Source: Verrucomicrobiota bacterium
Lineage (GTDB): Bacteria > Verrucomicrobiota > Kiritimatiellia > UBA8416 > JBHORK01
Assembly (NCBI GenBank): GCA_042565725.1
Contig: JBHORK010000004.1
Location: 2,750 to 66,749, forward strand
Direction: 5' to 3'
DNA length: 64,000 bases
The position numbers and the translations under genes were made by a program. The notes below the pieces were generated by a model, which was not told the DNA's origin, ran no database searches, and was given only the letters and a program-made list of their open reading frames with translations. Within the stretch, counting starts at the first letter, position 1, and each line of letters opens with the position of its first letter. Below, piece after piece: positions 37,492-48,230 of the stretch.

Positions 37492-40400
37492 ATGAGAACT
37501 TCGAGCTTATTTACGATGTTGATGGCAATTGTTTTGTTGATCACTTTTCCATTTCTGGGAGTTGCGGATTTAACAAACGGCCTTGTTCTTCATTACACAT
37601 TTGACAGTGATGAAGGAGGGACTGTTACGGATCAGAGTGGGAACGGGAATATAGGTATAGTTACCGGAGCGACGTGGACTGCCAGCGGGAAAATCGGCGG
37701 GGCAATGGATTTCAGTGGGATTGGTGATTGTATAAGGGTAAATGACGCAGATATATTGTCGTTTACTGATGGGGCAGGAAATGACCAGCCTTTTTCGGTC
37801 AGTGTCTGGGCGTATTTTGATGAGGCTAATAATGGACCTTTGCTTTTCAAGAAGGAAAGCGGGCTTCGGGAATGGAGTTTTAATTCCGCAGGATCTGGTG
37901 GTCCGGCCGAGACGTTACAATTTGGGGTTTTTCATGCTGATGAGAGCGCTAATGTTATGAGAAGCACAGCCCCGATAGGCGCTTACGAGGGGCAGTGGGT
38001 TCACTTAGTTGGAACATACGACGGGTCTGAAGCCACCAACGGCGTGAATGTATATATAAATGGGGTTTTACAGAATTCTGCAACCAATATAGCAACGGGT
38101 TCTTATACGGGAATGTCAAATACAACAGCGGCCCTTTTCCTGGGTTATAATTTAGTTAGTGGTTACCTTGATGGTAAACTTGATGACGTTCGTGTTTATA
38201 ACCGCGCGCTTTCGGCGGGTGAAGTCGCACAGCTTTATCACAAAGCAAGAGATGGTCTTATTCTGCATTACACGTTTGACAGTGATGAAGGAGATATTGT
38301 TACTGACGAGAGCGGGAACGGGAATATGGGTACAGTTACCGGAGCCACGTGGACGGCGAGCGGAAAGATCGGCGGAGCATATGAGCTTTATGGTGATGAT
38401 GATCATATGATTGCATCTAATAACCCAGCATTTCACCAGGTTTTTAATGGGCAGCATCCTTTTACGATTTCAGTATGGTACAACAGAAGAAAGATTCTTA
38501 ATGACAAAGTTAACGTTTTAGTTTTAAAGGGCACAGATCCTTATATGGTGAGGCTAAACCTGTCGCCTTGGCAGGGAGTTCGCTATGCGCGGTTTATCTT
38601 AAAGAATGGCAGTGATGCTAATTCTATTAGGGGCTATGCCGATGGATTTAATTCAACAAATAGCTGGCATCATCTTGTTTGGACTTATGACGGTTCTGGA
38701 GTTGGTGCGGGTTGTAAACTGTATAAGGATGGGGTTTCTCAGTCGTTAACTCTTCAGAATGATAATTTGGTTGGGCCAATTGTTCTGGATGAACCAGTTG
38801 TAATAGGAAATTGGACGAACGAAGTAGGAAATATGCATTTACTTGACGGAAAGATGGACGATGTCCGCATCTATAGCCGCGCGCTTTCGGCAGTTGAAGT
38901 TTCCAGGCTTTATCATAATGGGGAGGACGGTTTGGTTCTGCGCTACACATTTGATTCAGATGAGGGCGGAATCGTAACTGATCAGAGCGGGAACGGGCAT
39001 ATAGGTACAGTTGTCAGTGCGACGTGGACTGCCAGTGGAAAGATTGCCGGGGCGATGAATTTTGACGGCACGAATGATTTTGTCGATGTAGGAGATACTG
39101 ATAGTTTAAGTTTTGGAGACGGGACAAACGATTCACCCTTTTCCGTCAGCGTATGGGTAAGAAGATCATCAACCAATGGCGTGGACGAACTTCAAGGGCT
39201 GGTTTCAAAATATATGAATGATGGGAGCGGTAGAGAATGGGACTTGCAGCTCTATAGAGACACCGGTCAATTTAATTTTCTTGTGTATGACAACAGTGCC
39301 GGATCAGCACAGAGCAGAACCAGTCAGGCTATGATTACTGACACAAACTGGCATCATATTGTTGCAATATATGACGGCAGGGGCGGCAATAGTGCGCATG
39401 AAGGAATAAAGCTTTATCTTGATGGAACTGATGCGATTGCTTTAGTGGGGCATACTCAAACGCCATATGTATCTATGGAAAACGTGTCTGCACCCGTTCA
39501 TGTTGGGCAATATGGTGCTGCTAGTGGCTCAGGTAAATTTTATGGGAATATTGATGGTGTCCGCGTCTACAACCGCGCGCTTTCGGTGGATAAAGTTTTT
39601 CAGCTTTATCAAAGCGGGGATGATGGTCTTATTCTGCATTACACGTTTGACAGTGATGAAGGAGATATTGTTACTGACGAGAGCGGGAACGGGAATATGG
39701 GTACAGTTACCGGAGCCACGTGGACGGCGAGCGGAAAGATTGGCGGGGCATATGAGCTTTATGGTGATGATGATCATATGATTGCATCTAATAACCCAGC
39801 ATTTCACCAGGTTTTTAATGGGCAGCATCCTTTTACGATTTCAGTATGGTACAACAGAAGAAAGATTCTTAATGACAAAGTTAACGTTTTAGTTTTAAAG
39901 GGCACAGATCCTTATATGGTGAGGCTAAACCTGTCGCCTTGGCAGGGAGTTCGCTATGCGCGGTTCATCTTAAAGAATGGCAGTGATGCTAATTCTATTA
40001 GGGGCTATGCCGATGGATTTAATTCAACAAATAGCTGGCATCATCTTGTTTGGACTTATGACGGTTCTGGAGTTGGTGCGGGTTGTAAACTGTATAAGGA
40101 TGGGGTTTCTCAGTCGTTAACTCTTCAGAATGATAATTTGGTTGGGCCAATTGTTCTGGATGAACCAGTTGTAATAGGAAATTGGACGAACGAAGTAGGA
40201 AATATGCATTTACTTGACGGAAAGATGGACGATGTCCGCATCTATAACCGCGCGCTTTCGGCAGGTGAAGTTTCCCATCTTTATCAAAAGGGAGATGACG
40301 GGCTTGTGCTTCATTACACGTTTGACAGTGATGAAGGAGAGATTGTTACTGACCAGAGTGGGAACGGGAATATAGGTATAGTTACCGGAGCGACGTGGAC

Positions 40401-43400
40401 CGCCAGCGGAAAGATTGGCGGGGCAATGAGTTTTGACGGCACAAATGATTTTATAAAAGCCAGTGATGCAGATGTTTTATCGTTTACGGATGGGGCCGGC
40501 AATGACAAGCCGTTCACTGTCAGTGTCTGGGCGTATTTTGATGAGGCTAATAATGGACCATTACTTTTCAAGAAGGAAAGTGGACTTCGGGAGTGGAGTT
40601 TTAATTCCGCGGGACCTGGCGGTCCGGCAGAGACGTTGCAATTTGGAGTTTTTCATACTGATGAAAGCGCTAATGTCATGAGAAGTACAGCTCCGATAGG
40701 CGCTTACGAGGGGCAGTGGGTCCATTTGGTTGGAACATACGACGGGTCTGAAGCTACCAACGGCATGAATGTATATATAAATGGAGTTTTACAAGATTCC
40801 GCAACCAATATAGAAACGGGTTCTTATACTGGAATGTCAAATACAACAGCGACCCTTTTCCTGGGTTGGAATCTAGTTGGAGGTTACCTTGACGGCAAGC
40901 TTGATGATGTTCGTGTTTATAATCGAGCGCTTTCTTCTTTTGAAGTGATGCGGCTTTGCAACAGATCTCCGGTTGCTGATGTGTCGGTCAGCAGTACAAA
41001 TGGTCCGGCACCTTTACTTGTCACTTTCGATCTTTCTGGATCATCGGATCCGGATACAGATATTGTCAGGTGGGAAATAGACCGTGAAGGCGATGGTATG
41101 TATGAAATCTCAGGAGAGGGACTTGGCAGTGTAGTTGTGGAATATCCTGAACCCGGCTCTTTCACAACATCCGTCAAGGTTGTAGATGATTATGGCGCTT
41201 CCGGTTCAACCTCTGTTGTGATTGAGGTTTGGGGGGCGCCTCCTGTTGCGGATCTTCAGGTAATACCTTCAAATACTATCGCAGGAACTGCTGTTACACT
41301 TACGGGAACAAACTCTACTGCCGCTGCCGGGCATGAAATTGTTGTTTATGAATTTGATGTTGATGGTGATGGGAATTATGAGATGACTGTTACTAATGGT
41401 GTCATATCCTGGACCTACAGGGAGCCTGGTTTAAACACCGCTGTTTTGAGAGTAACGGATGATCAGGGCTTACAAAGCGCAGATTCAGAAACAGTAACTG
41501 TTTCTGTTGTAACAAATCCGCCAGCGGTATTTCTCTCAGCGTCACCAGATGAAGGAAATGTTCCGCTTGATGTTGTTTTAACGGCTAATACGGTGGATGA
41601 TGGAACTATAGTTAGTTTCGAGTGGGATTTTGATGGTGATGGTGATTGCGACATAATAACCACAACAAATATAATTACAAACACTTACACTCTTGCCGGT
41701 TCATATGCGCCGGGTGTAACTGTTATTGATAATGATGGATTATCTGGATCAGCTTCGATAGTTGTGCATGCGTCTGAGGCGTCGGCTTTGAAAGCGTGGA
41801 TCAGCACTCCTAAAATGAACTGGGATGTAAGTGGCGCAGAGGTAACAGTGCATGCCAATACCGCCCCGGGCAATCTTACTGGTTCTGTTCTTATGCAATA
41901 TAAGAAATCTTCCGATTCCGTATGGATAGATATAGGAAGTGTAATAGTGCCGCCGCCGTATTCATTTAAGACCACATGGGATGTCAGCGGGTTGGTCAAT
42001 GCTGCCGACTATGATTTAAGGGCTAAAGCCACTGACATAAGCAGTAATATAGTATATTCCCAGATAGTAACTGTTCAGGTTTATTCTGCCTGGAACGATG
42101 AAATAGATGACATCGAAGAAGCTGATGTCGGAGGGAAGCATACAAGAAAACAGAAATGCAGCAAAAATAAGACAACGACCTTGGATATATACGATAATAC
42201 TTCTGTGATACTACCTGTAGGGACAGTGAATACTGATCCAACTGTGAATATTGTGCTGACTGATGGAAATACTAACCCCGTCAATGGGGCGGCTGTAGGA
42301 ACCATAAGTATAGGCAAGAACAGAAAAGTATCCATTGATGGTAATCCATCGTTGAATAAACCGATAACCATAATAATACCTTACGATGATGTTGATGATG
42401 ATGGAATAGTAGATGGACTGGGAATATCAGAGACGGTTCTTATTCCATACTGGTATGATACGGAATCTGGTCAATGGAAGCGTGTTTTGTCTTTTGAAGT
42501 ACATGCGACAGCCAATTATATCAAGGCTATAACTTATCACCTGACGGAATTCGGTGTGTTTGGCTCAAAAAATATTCTCAGGCCGGGAAATGGTGGTGTG
42601 TTGGAATCGTTTACTTCAGAATATACCAATACAATGTCAGCCGTAAACCTGGCTGATGGTAATAAGGTCAGTTTCTGGAGAAGTGAGCTTAATCCCTCGG
42701 GTCCTCAAACGTTTGTTTATTCTTTCACGAATAGTGAGAGTGCTGTTATTACGATGGCAGGGATTAATAATTGCATCGTTAATGGTTATGAGAGTGAGGA
42801 TTTTGAGATTCAGGCGTCAATCAATGGTTCTTCATATTGGTCATTAACAAATGGAACATTAGCCGCAAATGAGAGCTTGCAGGAATTTGATTTTGGCAGT
42901 GTTACCTGCAGATTTGTTAAATTAATAATGTCAAGCGGTGCTGATGCACAAGCATGGGATGTGGCAGAATTTGGAGTGCATGGTCAATTGACCAATGACG
43001 TGGATGCAGATGGTTTGCAGGATGCATGGGAAGTGCAATATTTTGATGATTTATCGCGTGATGGTACGCTTGATTACGATAATGATGATTTGTCTGATCT
43101 TGGGGAGTACCAGAATTCCACATGTCCTACGAACACTGATTCCGATGGAGATGGCATGACTGATGGCTGGGAAGTTGATAATAGTCTTGATCCGCAACTT
43201 GACGATTCTTCTGATGATGCTGATGGAGATGGAATGAGCAATCTGGAGGAATTGATTGCGGGAACTCATCCTAACAACTCATCTGATTTGTTTGAAATAG
43301 ATGATCTGCCTTATAACACTACTGTCGAAACCAATATTGTTATTGGTTGGGAAATGGTTTCCGGTCGCTTCTATAGTGTTTACAGCAAGACGAATCTTAT

Positions 43401-43521
43401 GGATTCTTTCTGGTTTACTAACATTCACAGGATGCAAAGCATATCTAATGGCGTAATGAGCTTTACAAACGCAATTGAAGGGAAAGGAAAATTCTTCCGT
43501 ATAGGTGTCGAGAATGAATAG
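37492..43521 (+). CDS. 2009-aa secreted surface protein: five LamG-like domains, PKD domains, an F5/8-like domain and a PVC-type C-terminal module
   Basis: Signal peptide; five GLxLHYTFD...DDVRVYNRALS units; PKD-like repeats (WEIDREGDG...YPEPGSF); DADGLQDAWE / DGDGMTDGWE repeats; ends KFFRIGVENE. Confidence 0.9.
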   Translation: MRTSSLFTMLMAIVLLITFPFLGVADLTNGLVLHYTFDSDEGGTVTDQSGNGNIGIVTGATWTASGKIGGAMDFSGIGDCIRVNDADILSFTDGAGNDQPFSVSVWAYFDEANNGPLLFKKESGLREWSFNSAGSGGPAETLQFGVFHADESANVMRSTAPIGAYEGQWVHLVGTYDGSEATNGVNVYINGVLQNSATNIATGSYTGMSNTTAALFLGYNLVSGYLDGKLDDVRVYNRALSAGEVAQLYHKARDGLILHYTFDSDEGDIVTDESGNGNMGTVTGATWTASGKIGGAYELYGDDDHMIASNNPAFHQVFNGQHPFTISVWYNRRKILNDKVNVLVLKGTDPYMVRLNLSPWQGVRYARFILKNGSDANSIRGYADGFNSTNSWHHLVWTYDGSGVGAGCKLYKDGVSQSLTLQNDNLVGPIVLDEPVVIGNWTNEVGNMHLLDGKMDDVRIYSRALSAVEVSRLYHNGEDGLVLRYTFDSDEGGIVTDQSGNGHIGTVVSATWTASGKIAGAMNFDGTNDFVDVGDTDSLSFGDGTNDSPFSVSVWVRRSSTNGVDELQGLVSKYMNDGSGREWDLQLYRDTGQFNFLVYDNSAGSAQSRTSQAMITDTNWHHIVAIYDGRGGNSAHEGIKLYLDGTDAIALVGHTQTPYVSMENVSAPVHVGQYGAASGSGKFYGNIDGVRVYNRALSVDKVFQLYQSGDDGLILHYTFDSDEGDIVTDESGNGNMGTVTGATWTASGKIGGAYELYGDDDHMIASNNPAFHQVFNGQHPFTISVWYNRRKILNDKVNVLVLKGTDPYMVRLNLSPWQGVRYARFILKNGSDANSIRGYADGFNSTNSWHHLVWTYDGSGVGAGCKLYKDGVSQSLTLQNDNLVGPIVLDEPVVIGNWTNEVGNMHLLDGKMDDVRIYNRALSAGEVSHLYQKGDDGLVLHYTFDSDEGEIVTDQSGNGNIGIVTGATWTASGKIGGAMSFDGTNDFIKASDADVLSFTDGAGNDKPFTVSVWAYFDEANNGPLLFKKESGLREWSFNSAGPGGPAETLQFGVFHTDESANVMRSTAPIGAYEGQWVHLVGTYDGSEATNGMNVYINGVLQDSATNIETGSYTGMSNTTATLFLGWNLVGGYLDGKLDDVRVYNRALSSFEVMRLCNRSPVADVSVSSTNGPAPLLVTFDLSGSSDPDTDIVRWEIDREGDGMYEISGEGLGSVVVEYPEPGSFTTSVKVVDDYGASGSTSVVIEVWGAPPVADLQVIPSNTIAGTAVTLTGTNSTAAAGHEIVVYEFDVDGDGNYEMTVTNGVISWTYREPGLNTAVLRVTDDQGLQSADSETVTVSVVTNPPAVFLSASPDEGNVPLDVVLTANTVDDGTIVSFEWDFDGDGDCDIITTTNIITNTYTLAGSYAPGVTVIDNDGLSGSASIVVHASEASALKAWISTPKMNWDVSGAEVTVHANTAPGNLTGSVLMQYKKSSDSVWIDIGSVIVPPPYSFKTTWDVSGLVNAADYDLRAKATDISSNIVYSQIVTVQVYSAWNDEIDDIEEADVGGKHTRKQKCSKNKTTTLDIYDNTSVILPVGTVNTDPTVNIVLTDGNTNPVNGAAVGTISIGKNRKVSIDGNPSLNKPITIIIPYDDVDDDGIVDGLGISETVLIPYWYDTESGQWKRVLSFEVHATANYIKAITYHLTEFGVFGSKNILRPGNGGVLESFTSEYTNTMSAVNLADGNKVSFWRSELNPSGPQTFVYSFTNSESAVITMAGINNCIVNGYESEDFEIQASINGSSYWSLTNGTLAANESLQEFDFGSVTCRFVKLIMSSGADAQAWDVAEFGVHGQLTNDVDADGLQDAWEVQYFDDLSRDGTLDYDNDDLSDLGEYQNSTCPTNTDSDGDGMTDGWEVDNSLDPQLDDSSDDADGDGMSNLEELIAGTHPNNSSDLFEIDDLPYNTTVETNIVIGWEMVSGRFYSVYSKTNLMDSFWFTNIHRMQSISNGVMSFTNAIEGKGKFFRIGVENE
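38251..40275 (+). repeat. Near-identical intragenic domain duplication (38251-~38905 vs 39622-~40276, offset 1371 bp)
   Basis: Over the first ~620 bp I found only three differences, all synonymous (ATC/ATT, GGA/GGG, TTT/TTC). Confidence 0.92.
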
Positions 43522-43526
43522 TGTGC

Positions 43527-43550
43527 AACAGTGATCTTCAGGTCACTGTT
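43527..43550. terminator. Hairpin between the convergent LamG and IMPase genes
   Basis: AACAGTGATC-TTCA-GGTCACTGTT, a 10-bp stem with one G:T pair; no strong U tract. Confidence 0.4.
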
Positions 43551-43603
43551 AATAGCTTGGTTCGGAACGTAGTTGTTGATGTTATCTTAATTCTGATGCG
43601 TGA

Positions 43604-44428
43604 CTAAGAAGCCGGGAAGGCGGTCAGTTTCCTGAGCTCACTGTAAATATGGTTGTTGCTTGCCATGAAGATCATTCGGTGATTGTTGTCAAGGTGCTTA
43701 AGAATTTCAGCTTTACCGCCGGCTTGTTTCACAATTAATTCTGCGGCCGCAACATCCCACAAATAAATGCCGGATTCAAAATATCCGTCGGCCCGTCCGC
43801 ATGCTACCTGGCAGAGATCAAGAGCCGCTGATCCCGTTATTCTTGCCTTACGGGCATTTGAAGCGATTCGCGAAAAGATTTCATATGGTTTTAGATTCGG
43901 TTCAAGTTTTTTATCCATTCCCGTAAGGATTATGGAATCAGACAATCTTGCGGTTGTGGAAACTTTAATAGATTTACCGTTGCACTTTGCCGTCTGCTCC
44001 AGGCTTGCTGTATATGTTTCTTCCATTTGTGGTGTATATACAGCTCCAGCGACTACCTGCCCGTTATGTTCAACCGCCACAGAGGCACACCACCAGGGTA
44101 ATCCATGATGAAAATTCACAGTTCCATCAATGGGGTCGATAATCCAGGTGTGAGGAGAGGGCTGCCCTGTCATTCGGCAGGGTTCAGGGCTTCCAGAAGG
44201 GGCTTTTGTATCTTCTTCGCCTAGGATTGCGTGGTCGGGGTATTTACTTTTGATGACGGATTCGGCTTTTTCCTGGCATTCGACGTCCAGCTTCAGTTTA
44301 ACGTCATGATCGAATGTTTCTATTGTCTCACTGCGTCTGTGATGGTTCTGAAACGCGTGATTACCGGCCGCCTGGGCGGCCTTAATAGAACAAGCAAGAA
44401 GATCGTTTAACGGTATGGGTGATTTCAT
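43604..44428 (-). CDS. Inositol monophosphatase family protein
   Basis: ILGEE, WIIDPIDGTVNF, GSAALDLCQVACG and WDVAAA motifs. Confidence 0.95.
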   Translation of the reverse strand: MKSPIPLNDLLACSIKAAQAAGNHAFQNHHRRSETIETFDHDVKLKLDVECQEKAESVIKSKYPDHAILGEEDTKAPSGSPEPCRMTGQPSPHTWIIDPIDGTVNFHHGLPWWCASVAVEHNGQVVAGAVYTPQMEETYTASLEQTAKCNGKSIKVSTTARLSDSIILTGMDKKLEPNLKPYEIFSRIASNARKARITGSAALDLCQVACGRADGYFESGIYLWDVAAAELIVKQAGGKAEILKHLDNNHRMIFMASNNHIYSELRKLTAFPAS

Positions 44429-44488
44429 GATATGCTCGCTTGAGGTCAGGCCATTGAATTTTCGCCCCGTTTACCCCCGTAAATTGCA

Positions 44489-44640
44489 ACCTCCGTCGCC
44501 AAGGCTATGGAGGTCAAGAGGCCAGACCCCGTCTCGCCCAAATGTGCTTTTAATTGTTTTGCTGCCTGATCATTTTACAAATCTTTCTTTCATCTGTTTA
44601 AATCTGTTTTATCTAGTCCCGCATTGCGGGACGGGTGGGC
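44489..44640. repeat. Cluster of REP-like elements between the IMPase gene and smc
   Basis: CAAG-tailed hairpin 44489-44518; CCAGACCCCGTCTCGCCC (an inverted copy lies at ~53382-53399); copy 2 of the glmS 3' element at 44592-44640. Confidence 0.8.
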
Positions 44641-44651
44641 ATAGTCCTTTT

Positions 44652-47600
44652 TCAGCTGGCGGCTACCGGTTCAGGTTCCTCATGGTCCTTGAATTTCATT
44701 GATACAATACTGGAGATTCCTTTTTCATGCATTGTAACGCCGTACAGAATACTTGCCGCCGCTATGGTCTGGCGATTGTGGGTAATGACTACGAACTGAG
44801 ATTGTTTGACAAATTCCTGGAGTACGGTTGCAAAACGTCCGATATTGGTATCATCAAGAGCCGCGTCCAACTCATCGAGCAGACAGAATGGGCTGGGTTT
44901 GATCATGTAAATGGCAAACAGCAGCGCTACAGCTGTAAGGGTTCGTTCACCTCCAGAAAGAAGGGTAATGTTTTGAAGACGTTTTCCGGGTGGACGTGCA
45001 ATTATTTCGATTCCGCATTCCAGGACATCTTCTTCGTTAACCAGGACAAGTTTTGCGGAACCGCCGTTAAAGAGTTTTTTGAACATTATCTGGAAATTTT
45101 CGTTAACCTTAGCAAAAGTTATGCGGAACATTTCTGAAGTTGTTCTGTTGATCTTACGAATCATCTCAAGAAGCTGTTCTTTGGCTTTTATAAGGTCTGC
45201 TTCCTGGTGGGTTAAGAAAGAATGTCGTTCTTCAAGTTCTTCGTGTTCTTCAATAGCAACCAGGTTGACCGGGCCCATGGCTTCTATTTTTGTGCGAAGC
45301 TCCTCGATATTGGTTTCAAGTGCTTCCATCGGAGGTTTTCCGTCTTTCCAGTCGGGGTCCGGTTCGTTCATTACCTTTTCCAGAGTTGTGCTGTATTCAG
45401 AGGCAATTCTGTCGAGCTGGTTCTGACGCTTCATGGTGTTTTCGTGGAGCTTTAGATCATCTTCTGCTCTTTTATCTTTAAGTTCATCGGCTAAAGCCCT
45501 CTTGCTCGTCAGCATTTTTTCCATTTCTTCAAGTTCTTCGCTCTGCTTCTTCCTGTTTTTGTCCAGGCTTTCCGATTTTTCTGTGTTAACTTCTATTTCC
45601 TTCTGAAGTTCGATCAGTTGCTCTTCTGCGTTTTTAATTGATTCCTGGAATTGTTCAATGCTGCTTCTGTATGACACGATTTCTTGTGAACGGGTTTGGA
45701 CAAGGGTTTCGAATTCTTTTAAATGAGCCTCTCCTGATTGACGGCGGTTTTCCAGGTGTTCAGCTTCATGTCGAAGCTGGGTAAACTTTATGCTCTGTTC
45801 AGTGACACGGGATTGAAGACTTGAATATTTGCTTTCGAGTTCATTGATGGCAGAAGTTTTTTCTTCTATTATCTTTGAAGTTTTTTCGCGTTTAGATTGT
45901 GCAGCTTCAATTTCTTCTGTAATAGATGTTCTTTTCTGCTCCGCCGAATCATCTTCCTTGGTGATATTGTTAAGTTCCCATGTGACGGTATTTAATCGGT
46001 CTTTTGCCTGGTCGGCTTCCCTGGATACGATTTGGGTTTCACCTTCTTTGACTGCAAGAGCGTGTTTTTGTTCATCCAGACTTGATGTGGCTTTATCAAG
46101 GGAATTCTGAAGAGAGGATGTTTTTGAGAGCAAAACTTTGAGTTTATTCTCGTTGTCCTCAATCTGGTTCTCCAGGCTGGAGGATTCTTTTTCGAGATCG
46201 CTCAGTAGGTATTTACGGGCCATCGGGGTGTTTGCATGTGCGTCAGTCGGCCGGAATTCGAGACAGCCGTCTCCGCGGATGATTGATCCTTCACGGGTAA
46301 CATATGTTTTCCCTGCAGGAAGAGGATCAGGAACTAAGGCAAGTGAATCAGCCACAAAAACGTTTCCCAGCAGTCGGCGTATTACCGGCATTATCGATTC
46401 CGGGCACTTTACATGGTCGGACAGTCTGACGCCTGTTGTTTCGGTCTTGCCTAAAGATCCTGGTTCGTTGGAAGTATTTACAGCTATAAGTCGGGCGGAG
46501 CCTTTTTTGTTAGACTCCAATTTTCGCAGTATTTCGATAGCACTTACAGTGTCTGAAACAAGTACAGCGTCGAGCCATAAAAAGAGAACTGCGTCCAATG
46601 CCGTTCTGTACTCGGGTTTTACATCAATATGAGATACAAGAGAGCCCATCAGCTTATCTTTATTTATATTCAGAGGATTATCTTCGTTTAATAAAAGGCT
46701 GGTGTTTTCGCGGGACTGTTCGCCTGAAGTCTCATTATCGCGAAGAATGTCAATTTGCGCTTTCTTGCCGGCTGACTCAGATTGAAGTTTTGCGCAGTTT
46801 TCCTGGAGGATTCTGGTCTCTAGTTCTTTCTCTGATTTCTGCTGTTTCAATTCATTGCATTGGTTGATGTAAGTCTTTGACTGTTCTTTAAGATCGTTAA
46901 GCTCGTGATGCATTTCGGATTGCCGCTTTTCGTAGCCTTTTGCGACACGCTGCAATTGAGCTTGTTCGGCAAATAGACGTTCTTTGCGAATGGTGTCAGA
47001 ACGTTCGTGAAGATCAACCTGTGCGAGTTGATTCTGAAGTTTATAGTGACCGCTTTCCAGTTCAACCAGATCTGCGCGAAGTTCGTGAATCTCGTTTCGT
47101 GTTGTCTCAAGCAATTGTTGATGAGTGGCCAGGTTATCATTGCAAATCTTCAGTTCGTGTTCAGCTTCGTCTTTTTCGGGAGAAATTTTATTGAGCCGGG
47201 CGACAAGTTCGGTCAGGCTTTTCTTCTGGCTTTCAATTTGTTGATGTGCTTTCTCGGCCTCCATTGAATCGCGCTGTGATAATTTGCCGTATTCCTCAAT
47301 TCGTTGATGATTTACGCGGATAAGTTCACGTGTATGCTCAAGTTTGCTTCGTGCGGAAAAGCTTTTTTCGAGAAAGGATGTTTTTTCTGAATCGGTCTGC
47401 TGGATGCTTTTGCGAAGAATCAAGTTACCTTGCTCAAGATCCTGTGTTTCCGTCTTGGCAGTATTGAGTTGGTCGTTAAGATTGGATATTCGGGATTGGA
47501 GTTCGCTGATTTCCCGATCCAGCGATTTCAGCCGTTCCTTTGTTGTATGGATATCGAGTTGGCGCAGTTCGTCACGGAGCGTTTTGAAGCGTCGAGCTTT

Positions 47601-48230
47601 ACCTGCCTGTCTTTGCAATGAACCAATCTGGCGTTTGACTTCACGAATCACATCGGCAAGGCGCAAAAGATTAGCTTCGGTATGTTCGAGTTTTCTGATG
47701 GTTTCTTTTTTGTCTGCTTTGAATTTTGTTATCCCGCTGGCCTCTTCGAAAATTGTGCGGCGGTCCTCAGGGCGCGAACTTAGAATTTGGTCTATTCGTC
47801 CCTGTTCCATAACAGAATATGAGGTAGTGCCGATACCGGTATCCATAAACATACGCTGGACATCTTTCAGGCGGCAGGGTGTTTTGTTTATAAAGTATTG
47901 GCCTTCTCCGGACTTAAAAACGCGGCGGCTTATTGTCACTTCGTTGTATTCGATGCCGAGTGATTTTTCACAGTCGGCAAAAGTAATGTTGACTTCGGCC
48001 ATGCCGAGCGGCTTTCGTTCGTCAGTGCCGTTGAAAATGCAATCTTCCATTTTTGAGCCGCGCAGGGCTTTGGGTCTTTGTTCCCCGAGAACCCAGCGAA
48101 CAGCATCGGAAATATTGCTTTTACCACAGCCGTTAGGGCCGACAATACAGGTCATTCCGGGTTCGAATTTGAGAATGGTTTTCCCCGCAAAGCTTTTAAA
48201 GCCGACTATTTCCAGTGTTTTAAGGTACAC
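44652..48230 (-). CDS. smc: Chromosome segregation protein SMC
   Basis: GFKSF, Walker A GPNGCGKSN, long coiled coils with a hinge, LSGGE signature and LLDELDAALD Walker B/D-loop. Confidence 0.97.
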   Translation of the reverse strand: MYLKTLEIVGFKSFAGKTILKFEPGMTCIVGPNGCGKSNISDAVRWVLGEQRPKALRGSKMEDCIFNGTDERKPLGMAEVNITFADCEKSLGIEYNEVTISRRVFKSGEGQYFINKTPCRLKDVQRMFMDTGIGTTSYSVMEQGRIDQILSSRPEDRRTIFEEASGITKFKADKKETIRKLEHTEANLLRLADVIREVKRQIGSLQRQAGKARRFKTLRDELRQLDIHTTKERLKSLDREISELQSRISNLNDQLNTAKTETQDLEQGNLILRKSIQQTDSEKTSFLEKSFSARSKLEHTRELIRVNHQRIEEYGKLSQRDSMEAEKAHQQIESQKKSLTELVARLNKISPEKDEAEHELKICNDNLATHQQLLETTRNEIHELRADLVELESGHYKLQNQLAQVDLHERSDTIRKERLFAEQAQLQRVAKGYEKRQSEMHHELNDLKEQSKTYINQCNELKQQKSEKELETRILQENCAKLQSESAGKKAQIDILRDNETSGEQSRENTSLLLNEDNPLNINKDKLMGSLVSHIDVKPEYRTALDAVLFLWLDAVLVSDTVSAIEILRKLESNKKGSARLIAVNTSNEPGSLGKTETTGVRLSDHVKCPESIMPVIRRLLGNVFVADSLALVPDPLPAGKTYVTREGSIIRGDGCLEFRPTDAHANTPMARKYLLSDLEKESSSLENQIEDNENKLKVLLSKTSSLQNSLDKATSSLDEQKHALAVKEGETQIVSREADQAKDRLNTVTWELNNITKEDDSAEQKRTSITEEIEAAQSKREKTSKIIEEKTSAINELESKYSSLQSRVTEQSIKFTQLRHEAEHLENRRQSGEAHLKEFETLVQTRSQEIVSYRSSIEQFQESIKNAEEQLIELQKEIEVNTEKSESLDKNRKKQSEELEEMEKMLTSKRALADELKDKRAEDDLKLHENTMKRQNQLDRIASEYSTTLEKVMNEPDPDWKDGKPPMEALETNIEELRTKIEAMGPVNLVAIEEHEELEERHSFLTHQEADLIKAKEQLLEMIRKINRTTSEMFRITFAKVNENFQIMFKKLFNGGSAKLVLVNEEDVLECGIEIIARPPGKRLQNITLLSGGERTLTAVALLFAIYMIKPSPFCLLDELDAALDDTNIGRFATVLQEFVKQSQFVVITHNRQTIAAASILYGVTMHEKGISSIVSMKFKDHEEPEPVAAS

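Noticed and set aside
38251-40275. Diversity-generating retroelement template/variable repeat pair
   Set aside because: The differences between copies are few, synonymous and not adenine-specific, both copies are coding, and no reverse transcriptase is in the window.
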